Virus record (IMG/VR): IMGVR_UViG_3300042473_000519
DNA: 20,000 nt
Source: an uncultured virus (IMG/VR IMGVR_UViG_3300042473_000519)
Lineage: Duplodnaviria; Heunggongvirae; Uroviricota; Caudoviricetes
Strand: one strand, 5' to 3'
Both the position numbers and the translations under genes were made by a program. The notes under the pieces are model-generated. The model was given only the letters and a program-made list of their open reading frames with translations, was not told the origin of the DNA and made no database searches. Positions 1-8,632 of the stretch are shown here, piece after piece. Within the stretch, counting starts at the first letter, position 1. Each line of letters begins with the position of its first letter.

Positions 1-2
1 AA

Positions 3-146
3 TCTAATTTACTACAAGTTGACAATCCTGAGTATGTGGCAAGACGTGCAGCCGCACTTAAAAAACCCGGAGCAGTTGTGGGACAAACCACTATGGAATC
101 AAACAACGAATTAGCATCATGGCTAAAGATTGCAGGAATTAAATAA
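3..146 (+). CDS. 3' end of a hypothetical (probably virion/head-associated) protein, truncated by the window edge
   Basis: Open frame 3: SNLLQVDNPEYVARRAAALKKPGAVVGQTTMESNNELASWLKIAGIK, stop TAA 144-146; the next ATG follows at 148. Confidence 0.7.
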   Translation, partial: SNLLQVDNPEYVARRAAALKKPGAVVGQTTMESNNELASWLKIAGIK

Positions 147-147
147 T

Positions 148-1086
148 ATGAAAAAAATTACAGAAGCAGAATTATCTAAGCGTGTCAATTCACTAAGGGA
201 AAAATTAATTTTAGAAGCAGGCGAAGTTCGGCCGGTTGGTAGTCATGACGAAACTATTACTCGAGATCCAGGTGTTGATCCTAACATAGCACTTAATAAA
301 ATGACGCCAGCATTGCAAGATGTTACAAGATTAGCCACACACAACGGTCAAGTAGTTGCCGTGAATCCAGCCGGGTTAGTTCGCGGAGTTTATGATGGAA
401 AAGGTGGCTGGAAAGCTGGCCAAGCCATGCCAGCTGAATTGCAAAATATAACAGTGCCAGCAGCACCAGCCGCAGTGACATCACCAGTTACACCTCCTGC
501 ACCAATAGCCAGCACAGATCTGCCACCTGTAGCACCAGAGGCTAATCCAACAGATCAAAGATTAGCTAACAAAACTCAAACAACACCTGCGGCAGCACCT
601 GCGGCAGATGCTAGCCCTGCATTTTCACCAGCAGCATCAGACGCAGCCTTCAATCAAGCACTGGCTCGCATGAACGAGCCGCAGGCAGATTCAGCTGCAA
701 AAGTTTCAACACCTGCCGCAGTACCAGTAGATCCACGTGACGGGCCAACCGGTCAAGCGTTAGCTAGAATGGGAATCAGCAAGCAAAACAGACTTGATCA
801 AGCATTTGTAGATAGAATGTTAGGTGCTGGAAAATATAAAGCAGGAAGTGCAGAATCCAATTTGGCTTTGTTAAAAACTAAACCAACGGATGACAAATAT
901 CAACGGTTTGATAAAGCACCAGTAGTGCCGCCAGTACGAAGAGATGCTGGAGGTAAGTATTACACTACAGGCAATCCACCAAGGGAATTAACTGCTGACG
1001 AAATGAAGAGATATGGTTTAAAAGAATCGGTTACATATGCAGACGATCAAACTTTGGCAAGAATAGTTTCATTGGGTCGTAGATAA
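148..1086 (+). CDS. Hypothetical Pro/Ala-rich protein, probably virion internal/head-associated
   Basis: ATG at 148 (preferred to TTG at 130) after AGGA 134-137; low-complexity PA/TP linkers; N-terminal I/L-x-E motifs and C-terminal LKES..LARIVSLG tail. Confidence 0.65.
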   Translation: MKKITEAELSKRVNSLREKLILEAGEVRPVGSHDETITRDPGVDPNIALNKMTPALQDVTRLATHNGQVVAVNPAGLVRGVYDGKGGWKAGQAMPAELQNITVPAAPAAVTSPVTPPAPIASTDLPPVAPEANPTDQRLANKTQTTPAAAPAADASPAFSPAASDAAFNQALARMNEPQADSAAKVSTPAAVPVDPRDGPTGQALARMGISKQNRLDQAFVDRMLGAGKYKAGSAESNLALLKTKPTDDKYQRFDKAPVVPPVRRDAGGKYYTTGNPPRELTADEMKRYGLKESVTYADDQTLARIVSLGRR

Positions 1087-1122
1087 TTGGTGAAATTAAA
1101 CCACATTTAAGCAAGATTTCTC

Positions 1123-1151
1123 TTGCAAAGATAAATAAAAACGTATACAAT
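1123..1151 (+). promoter_or_regulatory. Sigma70-type promoter with a nested T4-like late promoter element, upstream of the SSB gene
   Basis: TTGCAA(1123-1128)-N17-TACAAT(1146-1151); ATAAATA at 1131-1137 lies in the spacer. Confidence 0.6.
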
Positions 1152-1249
1152 AACATGTATGCGTTTTTTGCTTTAGTAGGTTCTAAAGCAATACAGGCAC
1201 ATAAAAATAGCAGAAATGCAAAACATAGGCTTACAACAGGAGAAATACT

Positions 1250-2236
1250 ATGGCTACATTAGCAGAAATCAGAGCAAAACTTAAGGCAGCAGAATCGAAA
1301 GGTTCAGACGGTAACAGAACAGGTGGAGACAATTCCATTTATCCATTCTGGAATCTCAAAGAAGGCGACGAAGCATCACTCCGCTTCCTACCAGATGGTA
1401 ACGCCAATAACACTTTTTTCTGGGTTGAACGTGCAATGATCAAATTGCCATTCGCTGGAATCAAAGGTGAATCAGAAAGCAAACAAATCACAGTACAAGT
1501 TCCATGCGTAGAAATGTATGGCGAAGGCAATACATGCCCGATCTTGTCAGAAGTCCGTGCGTGGTTCAAAGACCCAGCATTGGAAGACATGGGCCGTAAG
1601 TACTGGAAAAAGCGTAGTTATATTTTCCAAGGATTCGTTGTTGAAGACGGCCTTGCTGAAAAAGAAACTCCAGCAAATCCAATCCGTAGATTTATTATTG
1701 GTCCTCAGATCTTTACATCAATCCGTGCGGCATTGGTTGATCCAGAGTTGGAAGACTTGCCAACAGATTACGTACACGGTATTGACTATCGTATGAAGAA
1801 AGGTAGTAAAGGCGGTTACGCTGACTACTCTACTAGTACTTGGTCACGTCGTGAGCGTCCATTGAACGATACAGAACAAGCGGCAATTAAACAACATGGT
1901 TTGTTTAACTTGAGCGACTTCTTGCCTAAAAAGCCAACTGATGTTGAGCTCAAGGTTATGAAGGAAATGTTTGAAGCATCAGTTGATGGCGAGCCGTATG
2001 ATATGGAACGTTGGGGTCAATACTTCAAGCCAGCTGGCATGAGCCAGAACACTGGTGATCCACAAAAGACATCTACTCCTAGAGCGGCTCCTGCACCAGC
2101 AGTAAGCCATGACGAAGATGACACACCTGCTCCAGTAGCAAAAGCTACTCCTGCACCAGCACCAGCGGCTGATGCAAGTGGCGGTGACAATCGTGCCCAA
2201 GACATCTTGGCAATGATTCGTAATCGTCAGAAGTAA
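1250..2236 (+). CDS. gp32: Single-stranded DNA-binding protein, T4 gp32-like
   Basis: LRFLP, CP(I) and YWKKRSY motifs, KGGYADYSTS(T)W; low-complexity C-terminal linker; AGGAG RBS; directly upstream of UvsX. Confidence 0.85.
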   Translation: MATLAEIRAKLKAAESKGSDGNRTGGDNSIYPFWNLKEGDEASLRFLPDGNANNTFFWVERAMIKLPFAGIKGESESKQITVQVPCVEMYGEGNTCPILSEVRAWFKDPALEDMGRKYWKKRSYIFQGFVVEDGLAEKETPANPIRRFIIGPQIFTSIRAALVDPELEDLPTDYVHGIDYRMKKGSKGGYADYSTSTWSRRERPLNDTEQAAIKQHGLFNLSDFLPKKPTDVELKVMKEMFEASVDGEPYDMERWGQYFKPAGMSQNTGDPQKTSTPRAAPAPAVSHDEDDTPAPVAKATPAPAPAADASGGDNRAQDILAMIRNRQK

Positions 2237-2244
2237 AACGTTCG

Positions 2245-2279
2245 ACTCGGGCCACTGTGACTTAGTCATACGCCCGGGT
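2245..2279 (+). terminator. Intergenic stem-loop (weak terminator or mRNA stabiliser) between SSB and UvsX
   Basis: ACTCGGGC/GCCCGGGT outer stem, TGTGAC-TTA-GTCATA inner stem; only a weak U-tract follows. Confidence 0.45.
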
Positions 2280-2302
2280 TATCTTATTAGGAGAAATAAC
2301 TT

Positions 2303-3355
2303 ATGGCTACAAAAGCCTTCGATTTATCGAAATTTAGAAAAACCTTGACTAAGTCAATTGACGGTCTGGGTGTAGGATTTAACGATCCTACAGACTGGGT
2401 AGGCACTGGCAATTATGCCTTGAATTCCCTTATTAGTGGCGACTTTCACAAGGGTATTCCTTTGGGCAAGGTTACTGTGTTTGCCGGTGAATCTGGTGCA
2501 GGTAAGAGCTACATTTGTTCTGCAAACATTGTTAAAAATGCACAGGAACAAGGTATCTATGTTATCTTGATTGATAGCGAAAATGCACTTGACGAAAAAT
2601 GGCTACATGCACTTGGTGTAGATACAAGTGAAGATAAATTGCTTAAACTCAACATGGCTATGATTGATGATGTTGCTAAAACCATCAGTGAGTTCATGAA
2701 AGAGTACAAAGCAATGGAGACTCGTCCTAAAGTCTTATTTGTCATAGACTCATTGGGTATGTTGCTTACCCCTACTGACATTAACCAGTTCGAAGCTGGT
2801 GATATGAAGGGAGACATGGGCCGTAAACCTAAAGCACTTACCAGTTTAGTTCGTAATTGTGTTAATATGTTTGGCAGTTATAATGTGGGTATGGTATGTA
2901 CCAATCACACATACGCAAGCCAAGACATGTTTGATCCAGATGACAAAATTAGTGGTGGACAAGGATTTGTTTATGCTTCTAGTATTGTTGTTGCTATGAA
3001 AAAACTCAAACTTAAGACTGATGAAAATGGTGTTAAGACAAGCGAAGTACATGGCATTCGTGCTGCCTGCAAGATTATGAAAACACGTTATGCAAAACCT
3101 TTCGAGTCATTGCAAATTGAAATCCCATATTCAACAGGCATGAGTCCTTACAGTGGTCTTGTAGATCTTTTTGAAAAACAAGGACTGCTGACACAACAAG
3201 GCAACAGACTAAAGTATGTTGACCCGACCTCCGGAGAAGAACACTTATTCTACCGAAAAGAATGGAAAGATGATAAATTAGATATGATAATGAATAATTA
3301 TCATCTTAAATCTACACCTACTATTCCTGAGGAGAAAACAGAAGATGTTGAATGA
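2303..3355 (+). CDS. uvsX: RecA-family recombinase, UvsX-like
   Basis: Walker A GESGAGKS, IDSENA, Walker B FVIDSLG, NHTY and SGGQG motifs; AGGAG RBS. Confidence 0.92.
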   Translation: MATKAFDLSKFRKTLTKSIDGLGVGFNDPTDWVGTGNYALNSLISGDFHKGIPLGKVTVFAGESGAGKSYICSANIVKNAQEQGIYVILIDSENALDEKWLHALGVDTSEDKLLKLNMAMIDDVAKTISEFMKEYKAMETRPKVLFVIDSLGMLLTPTDINQFEAGDMKGDMGRKPKALTSLVRNCVNMFGSYNVGMVCTNHTYASQDMFDPDDKISGGQGFVYASSIVVAMKKLKLKTDENGVKTSEVHGIRAACKIMKTRYAKPFESLQIEIPYSTGMSPYSGLVDLFEKQGLLTQQGNRLKYVDPTSGEEHLFYRKEWKDDKLDMIMNNYHLKSTPTIPEEKTEDVE

Positions 3356-3581
3356 AACACAAATTGGTGATATCTGGTTAAACTTTGTCGAGTATCTCGA
3401 TAAGAAACAATTAGAAACAGTAGCAGAACGCTATATTGATCTACTTGCAGATTTTGGAGTACCTGACAAAGCATTGCAAGCAGCTACGGGTGTTGATGAA
3501 ACACTTGATCAAGCTATTGCATATTATCTCAATGACGATGGCTTCGGAGACGAAGACGATACACCAGAATTGGACTTTTAA
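3345..3581 (+). CDS. Small acidic hypothetical protein
   Basis: 78-aa ORF overlapping uvsX and uvsY, with GGAG upstream; acidic C-terminus. Confidence 0.7.
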   Translation: MLNETQIGDIWLNFVEYLDKKQLETVAERYIDLLADFGVPDKALQAATGVDETLDQAIAYYLNDDGFGDEDDTPELDF

Positions 3582-4036
3582 TGGGTTGGTATACTAAGAT
3601 AGCCAAGGATATTTCTAATATTCCGGATGCTGTGGATCATTTTGAATCTGAATTACAAGAAGCCAAGAGAGAAGTAAAAATCTTTGGCAACTTGGAAAAG
3701 TCAGCGGCTGATCTTCCGGGTGTAGTTGAACAACGCTTTGGACAATTACAAGAAATTGAGGCTATCTTGGAATACCTGAACATTGAATTGCGAAGATTAA
3801 AGAGTAGTCATTTTAGAAAATACCTTGAAACATATCAACGTGCTCTTAGCAGTCGTGATTGTGAAAAGTTTGTGGAAGGTGAAGCAGATGTTGTTGACTT
3901 TGAAAAGATTATCAACGAGTTTGCTTTACTTCGCAACAAGTGGTTGGGTATTACCAAAGGTCTTGACCAGAAACAATGGCAAATCACTAATATTGTAAAA
4001 TTGCGTATTGCAGGTATGGAAGACGCAAGTATATAA
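3581..4036 (+). CDS. uvsY: Recombination mediator, UvsY-like
   Basis: 151-aa helical protein with KYLE.Y.R.L...D.EK(F/Y)V.GE.DV pattern; lies between UvsX and UvsW. Confidence 0.7.
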   Translation: MGWYTKIAKDISNIPDAVDHFESELQEAKREVKIFGNLEKSAADLPGVVEQRFGQLQEIEAILEYLNIELRRLKSSHFRKYLETYQRALSSRDCEKFVEGEADVVDFEKIINEFALLRNKWLGITKGLDQKQWQITNIVKLRIAGMEDASI

Positions 4037-4059
4037 TCAATTCCACCAAAAGGTGACCT

Positions 4060-4091
4060 ATAGGCCTTAAATATTTACGGCCTATTTTTTT
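4060..4091 (+). terminator. Intrinsic terminator after uvsY
   Basis: ATAGGCC(4060-4066)/GGCCTAT(4079-4085) stem, inner palindrome TAAATATTTA, T-run to 4091. Confidence 0.7.
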
Positions 4092-4102
4092 GTCTAAAAG
4101 GT

Positions 4103-4130
4103 TTGACATTAGACAAAACTATGCTATACT
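4103..4130 (+). promoter_or_regulatory. Sigma70 promoter with extended -10
   Basis: TTGACA(4103-4108)-N16-TATACT(4125-4130) with TG at 4122-4123; ATG 6 nt downstream. Confidence 0.75.
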
Positions 4131-4136
4131 ACACAT

Positions 4137-5321
4137 ATGATAACAGTTGATCACTTATTGCTTAAAATTGTAAATTTTACTGGTCCCACTATTGAAGAAA
4201 TAATGCCCAGTAGAGACTCGCGAGTTTTACGAAGTTTAGCAACAGCAGTGGGTACTCATTATTTTATTACTGAAAGCCAATCAAAATTGTTATTGAAGAT
4301 TTTGAAGGAACATAGTGAAAAAATAGCCCTAAATTGCCAAGACCTAGTTCACGCATTAGAGTTACCAACTTGGTCTAAAAACTTTAGAAAAGTTGAACAA
4401 GTGAAAAAATTCTTTATCGGTAAAAACTCGTCAGACGATTTAACACTTTTTGTAGAATTCACGTTTTCTGCCAATTTTCGCAAAATTATACAAAATAATA
4501 CAAAACACATCGAGAACTTGATTATAGTTGCACCTGGTAAAAGTTACCAAGCTGACTTAACAGAAAAGAATGTGGTAGTGTTATGCGAATTACTATTGCC
4601 ATTAGAATTCGAAGTCGATGAGTTGATAAAAAAGTACTACGAAACCATAAAATCCTGGGAAAAATCAACATTTCAAGACCAGTACTTGATCAGCAATATG
4701 CCCGGTAATGCCTTTCAAAAGACCATTACTGAAGACCTTGGACTCAGTACAACCATTGACAAAAACATCATTAATGACAGAAGTGTCAGGTACCAGTATT
4801 TCACAGAAAAACCGGAAAAAACCGGAAATTCCCTGGTTGAGCATATTGCCAATAGACCACAGTCTCGCTTGTGGATTGACAGTACAATACACACTGTGGA
4901 CAATGTGATAACGTCCTTAATTGCACTTAAACGATTTCCACTACTGGTTGTGTTCCCCAATTGGCTACCACAAAAACTCCAAGAAAATATGGTGATTTTG
5001 AGCGATTGTTTGGAGAAAAATAATATTGCAGATAGTGTTGGAATTTATTTTAGAATGGATAATGATACGCAAGGAAAATTATTCAATCAACTTATCGCTG
5101 AGAAAAAATATAATAGTCAGCTGGATAACACTACACAAGTAGTTGGTATACAAACTGGAAAATTACCCAAATTTTTGATAAAAAATGACTGGACTCCTAT
5201 GAGTGTAATTTCGTTCGATGCTAATCTCAGATATAACAAAGCATCGCTATATACCAATTGTTGCGACCTTGTTATTACATATTCCGAAGCACCTACTATT
5301 ATTGAGCAAAGATTAAAATGA
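4137..5321 (+). CDS. Hypothetical protein, translationally coupled to UvsW
   Basis: 394-aa ORF with its own promoter; ATGA overlap with the helicase gene; no motif recognised. Confidence 0.75.
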   Translation: MITVDHLLLKIVNFTGPTIEEIMPSRDSRVLRSLATAVGTHYFITESQSKLLLKILKEHSEKIALNCQDLVHALELPTWSKNFRKVEQVKKFFIGKNSSDDLTLFVEFTFSANFRKIIQNNTKHIENLIIVAPGKSYQADLTEKNVVVLCELLLPLEFEVDELIKKYYETIKSWEKSTFQDQYLISNMPGNAFQKTITEDLGLSTTIDKNIINDRSVRYQYFTEKPEKTGNSLVEHIANRPQSRLWIDSTIHTVDNVITSLIALKRFPLLVVFPNWLPQKLQENMVILSDCLEKNNIADSVGIYFRMDNDTQGKLFNQLIAEKKYNSQLDNTTQVVGIQTGKLPKFLIKNDWTPMSVISFDANLRYNKASLYTNCCDLVITYSEAPTIIEQRLK

Positions 5322-6784
5322 CAATACGATTAGTAATTAAAGACGAAGTTAACATTAAGTTAGAGAATTTGCCACTGGATGCTCGCAAGAAATTAGCCAA
5401 CGCATTTAAGTATGAAAATCCATATGCAAGATATCATCCTGCATACAAACTTGGACGTTGGGACGGAATGGTCAGTTTGTTTGGGCTTGGCGGCAACGGT
5501 TATCTTAGTCAGCTTGAAACTATCTTAGACGTATTAAACAAACTGGGAATTAGTGTTGAAGAAGTAGACGACTTACGTACCACTAGCAAGATATCTTTTG
5601 AACCTGTGACAGAATCTTATTGGGCAGACCAAGGCAAAGTATGGCCAAAGGGTCACCAGCAAGCAGGTCAGCCTATTATGTTGCGTGACTATCAAGTTGA
5701 TGCAATTAACACATTTTTAACCAATACTCAAGCACTACAAGAGATTGCAACAGGTGCTGGAAAGACCATTACAACAGCAACATTAAGTCAGCTTGCAGAA
5801 AAATATGGTCGTACAATTACTATTGTTCCTAATAAATCTCTAGTGGAACAAACAGAAGAAGACTTTATTGCAGTGGGATTAGATGTTGGTGTTTATTACG
5901 GAGATCGCAAAGATTTAGGTAAGACACACACCATTTGCACTTGGCAAAGCCTTAACATTCTCGATAAGAAAAGTAAAAATCACGAGCATGACATTGTTAC
6001 ACTTGCTGAATTTCTCGACGGAGTTAAGACTGTTATTGTTGACGAAGTACACATGGCCAAAGCGGAAGTGTTGAAGAATTTACTCACACAAAACTTGTGT
6101 AATGCTCCCATTCGTTGGGGATTGACAGGAACTGTGCCCAAGGAAAAATTTGAATACGAACAAATTTTTGCAAGTCTTGGTCCAGTAGTTGGCGGCATCA
6201 AAGCACACGAGCTACAAGATATAGGTGTGCTTAGTGCATGTCACGTAAACATAGTTCAAATGGTAGACTTGCCGGTTTTTACATCATATCCAGACGAATT
6301 AAAATATCTTGTCACAGACGATGACAGGATGATTTATGTTAGTAAACTAATTAAAAAAATATCACAATCAGGCAACACACTAGTATTAGTTAATAGAATT
6401 GACTCAGGCAAATTTATCATCAACGAAATTGAAGACGCAGTTTTTGTCTCGGGTGAGGTAAAAACTAAGGATCGCAAAGAAGAATATGACGAAATTAAAA
6501 CAAGCACTAACAAGATTATTGTGGCGACTTACGGTGTGGCCGCTGTGGGTATTAATATCCCTAGGATTTTTAATTTGGTTCTTTTGGAATCCGGAAAGAG
6601 CTTTACCCGAGTTATACAGAGCATTGGGCGAGGCATTAGAAAAGCAGAAGACAAGGACTTTGTCCAAATCTGGGACATAACCAGCACCTGCAAATATGCC
6701 AAGCGGCATCTTACTGAACGTAAGAAATTTTACAAGGACGCTAAGTATCCTTTCACATTAGAAAAGATAGACTGGCAAAAATAA
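5318..6784 (+). CDS. uvsW: SF2 DNA helicase, UvsW-like
   Basis: LRDYQ Q-motif, ATGAGKT, DEVH, GLTGT, QSIGRGIR. Confidence 0.9.
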   Translation: MTIRLVIKDEVNIKLENLPLDARKKLANAFKYENPYARYHPAYKLGRWDGMVSLFGLGGNGYLSQLETILDVLNKLGISVEEVDDLRTTSKISFEPVTESYWADQGKVWPKGHQQAGQPIMLRDYQVDAINTFLTNTQALQEIATGAGKTITTATLSQLAEKYGRTITIVPNKSLVEQTEEDFIAVGLDVGVYYGDRKDLGKTHTICTWQSLNILDKKSKNHEHDIVTLAEFLDGVKTVIVDEVHMAKAEVLKNLLTQNLCNAPIRWGLTGTVPKEKFEYEQIFASLGPVVGGIKAHELQDIGVLSACHVNIVQMVDLPVFTSYPDELKYLVTDDDRMIYVSKLIKKISQSGNTLVLVNRIDSGKFIINEIEDAVFVSGEVKTKDRKEEYDEIKTSTNKIIVATYGVAAVGINIPRIFNLVLLESGKSFTRVIQSIGRGIRKAEDKDFVQIWDITSTCKYAKRHLTERKKFYKDAKYPFTLEKIDWQK

Positions 6785-6790
6785 GGAACT

Positions 6791-7297
6791 ATGCAAATAT
6801 TAACATTAGAAAATAAAATGTTCTCATTGAACAACTTACCAGAAGAAGTGGATGAAAATACACGGTTTGCTGTGTTGGACAACAGCGATCCAACTGAGCC
6901 CGATTTTTTCTTTATGCCATTAATCTTTCTGGAAAGTTTTAACGCACCTGCAATGGTACTTAGAATTGGCAACGATGAAGTAACAATGCCATTGGATTGG
7001 AGTATTGCAGTGGGCGATAGTAGCAGTGCCAGTGACATTGAAATTTTACCGTTAACAAGTCTTAATGATAGAGGATTCGAAGCATTAGTTTTTAACCCAT
7101 TAAGTAGCTTTAGAGTAGAGTTTAAAAAGATAGAGATTGTAAATTTTTATAATGATGTTAAATGGTATTTTCCAAAGATGAAAAATAATCAACTATTAGC
7201 AACTCCTACACGCGGCGGCGACAAACCAGATTGTGTTTATTTTGTTAAAGAAATTTCACGTCAGTGCGAAATCATTCAGTTGGATAAAATATTATGA
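6791..7297 (+). CDS. Hypothetical beta-rich protein
   Basis: 168-aa ORF with AAGGA RBS, in an operon with uvsW. Confidence 0.75.
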   Translation: MQILTLENKMFSLNNLPEEVDENTRFAVLDNSDPTEPDFFFMPLIFLESFNAPAMVLRIGNDEVTMPLDWSIAVGDSSSASDIEILPLTSLNDRGFEALVFNPLSSFRVEFKKIEIVNFYNDVKWYFPKMKNNQLLATPTRGGDKPDCVYFVKEISRQCEIIQLDKIL

Positions 7298-7881
7298 CAT
7301 TAAAAGTAGCGTATTTTCAACCTATCATAGTTGCGGCTGCACCTGTTCCACCAGCGGATTTTGTTAAGATTTATAATCTCGTGGAAGCAGTTCACTCGCA
7401 AATTACAGCACAAGAAGTACAGTTATATCCCAATGAAACCGACGTGGATTACGGCTGGCTTGTATCGCTAATTGAAGAAATGTGTAAAGGTTATATGGAT
7501 CTAGTATCCACACAATCTGTTACAAAGGATCTAGATTACTGCAACCCTAAAGTAGTAAATATTAGAACTGTTAAACAGCTCAGTGGTGACTATATGGAAA
7601 TGCACACTCATCCTGCAGGAAATTTAAGTGGTCATATTTACACCAGTGTTCCAGAGTATGGAGAAGGTAAAAAGCCAGCAGACGGAAATTTATTATTAAG
7701 GCTTCCGCAAACTAGAGATTTAACTAGATTTATTATGCAGGATACTTGGAAATTTCAACCAGAGCCTGGCACATTTGTATTGTTTCCAAGTCATATTCCG
7801 CACAGTGTTAATCCATGGCATGGACAAGGAAGTCGGACATTGCTAGCATTTGATGTAATATTAGTGGCCAAGGAGATGTAA
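7294..7881 (+). CDS. 2OG-Fe(II) oxygenase-like protein (TIGR02466-like)
   Basis: HxH (MHTH), LSG.(I)Y, then LFPSHIPHSV and R..LAFD, typical of the double-stranded beta-helix fold. Confidence 0.75.
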   Translation: MTLKVAYFQPIIVAAAPVPPADFVKIYNLVEAVHSQITAQEVQLYPNETDVDYGWLVSLIEEMCKGYMDLVSTQSVTKDLDYCNPKVVNIRTVKQLSGDYMEMHTHPAGNLSGHIYTSVPEYGEGKKPADGNLLLRLPQTRDLTRFIMQDTWKFQPEPGTFVLFPSHIPHSVNPWHGQGSRTLLAFDVILVAKEM

Positions 7882-8156
7882 TGGGAGATCTTAAACCTGG
7901 TGCAAAATATATCTACGAGCGTAACGGCGAGGAAATATATGCGAGAGAGTTTGGAGATAACGAGCGTAAGTTAATTGGTTATCAGTACGAAAATGGAACA
8001 GATCCTCGAACAGCAGATGGGCGGCCCCTGCATGAGCACATGAAAGAAGATCAATTGTGGGGACAAATTCGGAGAGAAGCAAAGACCAATGTGACTTTAC
8101 AAAAGGCCCTGGATCGTGCTATAATGATATACAAACTTAGTAAAGATAAAGTATGA
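7881..8156 (+). CDS. Hypothetical protein
   Basis: 91-aa ORF, AAGGAG RBS, coupled to both neighbours. Confidence 0.7.
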   Translation: MGDLKPGAKYIYERNGEEIYAREFGDNERKLIGYQYENGTDPRTADGRPLHEHMKEDQLWGQIRREAKTNVTLQKALDRAIMIYKLSKDKV

Positions 8157-8632
8157 GTGAAAAAGTAGAGCTTAAAGAAAAACTGGCTGCAATAGATCAG
8201 AATGTTAAAGAACTGTGGGATGCCATGGATGCTGAACAACAAAAAGCTCTCAAAGGAGAATACTTTATTCTCAATCGCTATGTTAGTAATGTTCAAAGTT
8301 CTAAACGAGAAGTACAGGAACATTTTGTATTGACTGTCAACGAATACTTTAACAAGAACTGGAACTTGTTGCAAAAGCATCCTAAACTAATGTGGCAATT
8401 ACTGTGTATGTGTAGCTACAATGGAGAAACAGTTTTCTTTCATCAATGGTTAGGTAATAAAAAGAAAACAGGCACAGGCGGCAAGAAGTTGAAGTTTCTT
8501 GCAGAGATTTATCCTAATAAAAAAATGGATGAGTTGGAACTACTGGCAGATCTTGCCACAGATAAAGACATGAAAGAGCTGGCCAGAAAACACGGCTTTG
8601 ATGAAGCAACTATTGCTAAAAAACTTAAATGA
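8153..8632 (+). CDS. Probable clamp-loader small subunit (T4 gp62-like)
   Basis: Y.(F)ILNRY.S, VNE..N, then F.QWL...KK pattern resembling gp62-family proteins; replication context. Confidence 0.45.
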   Translation: MSEKVELKEKLAAIDQNVKELWDAMDAEQQKALKGEYFILNRYVSNVQSSKREVQEHFVLTVNEYFNKNWNLLQKHPKLMWQLLCMCSYNGETVFFHQWLGNKKKTGTGGKKLKFLAEIYPNKKMDELELLADLATDKDMKELARKHGFDEATIAKKLK

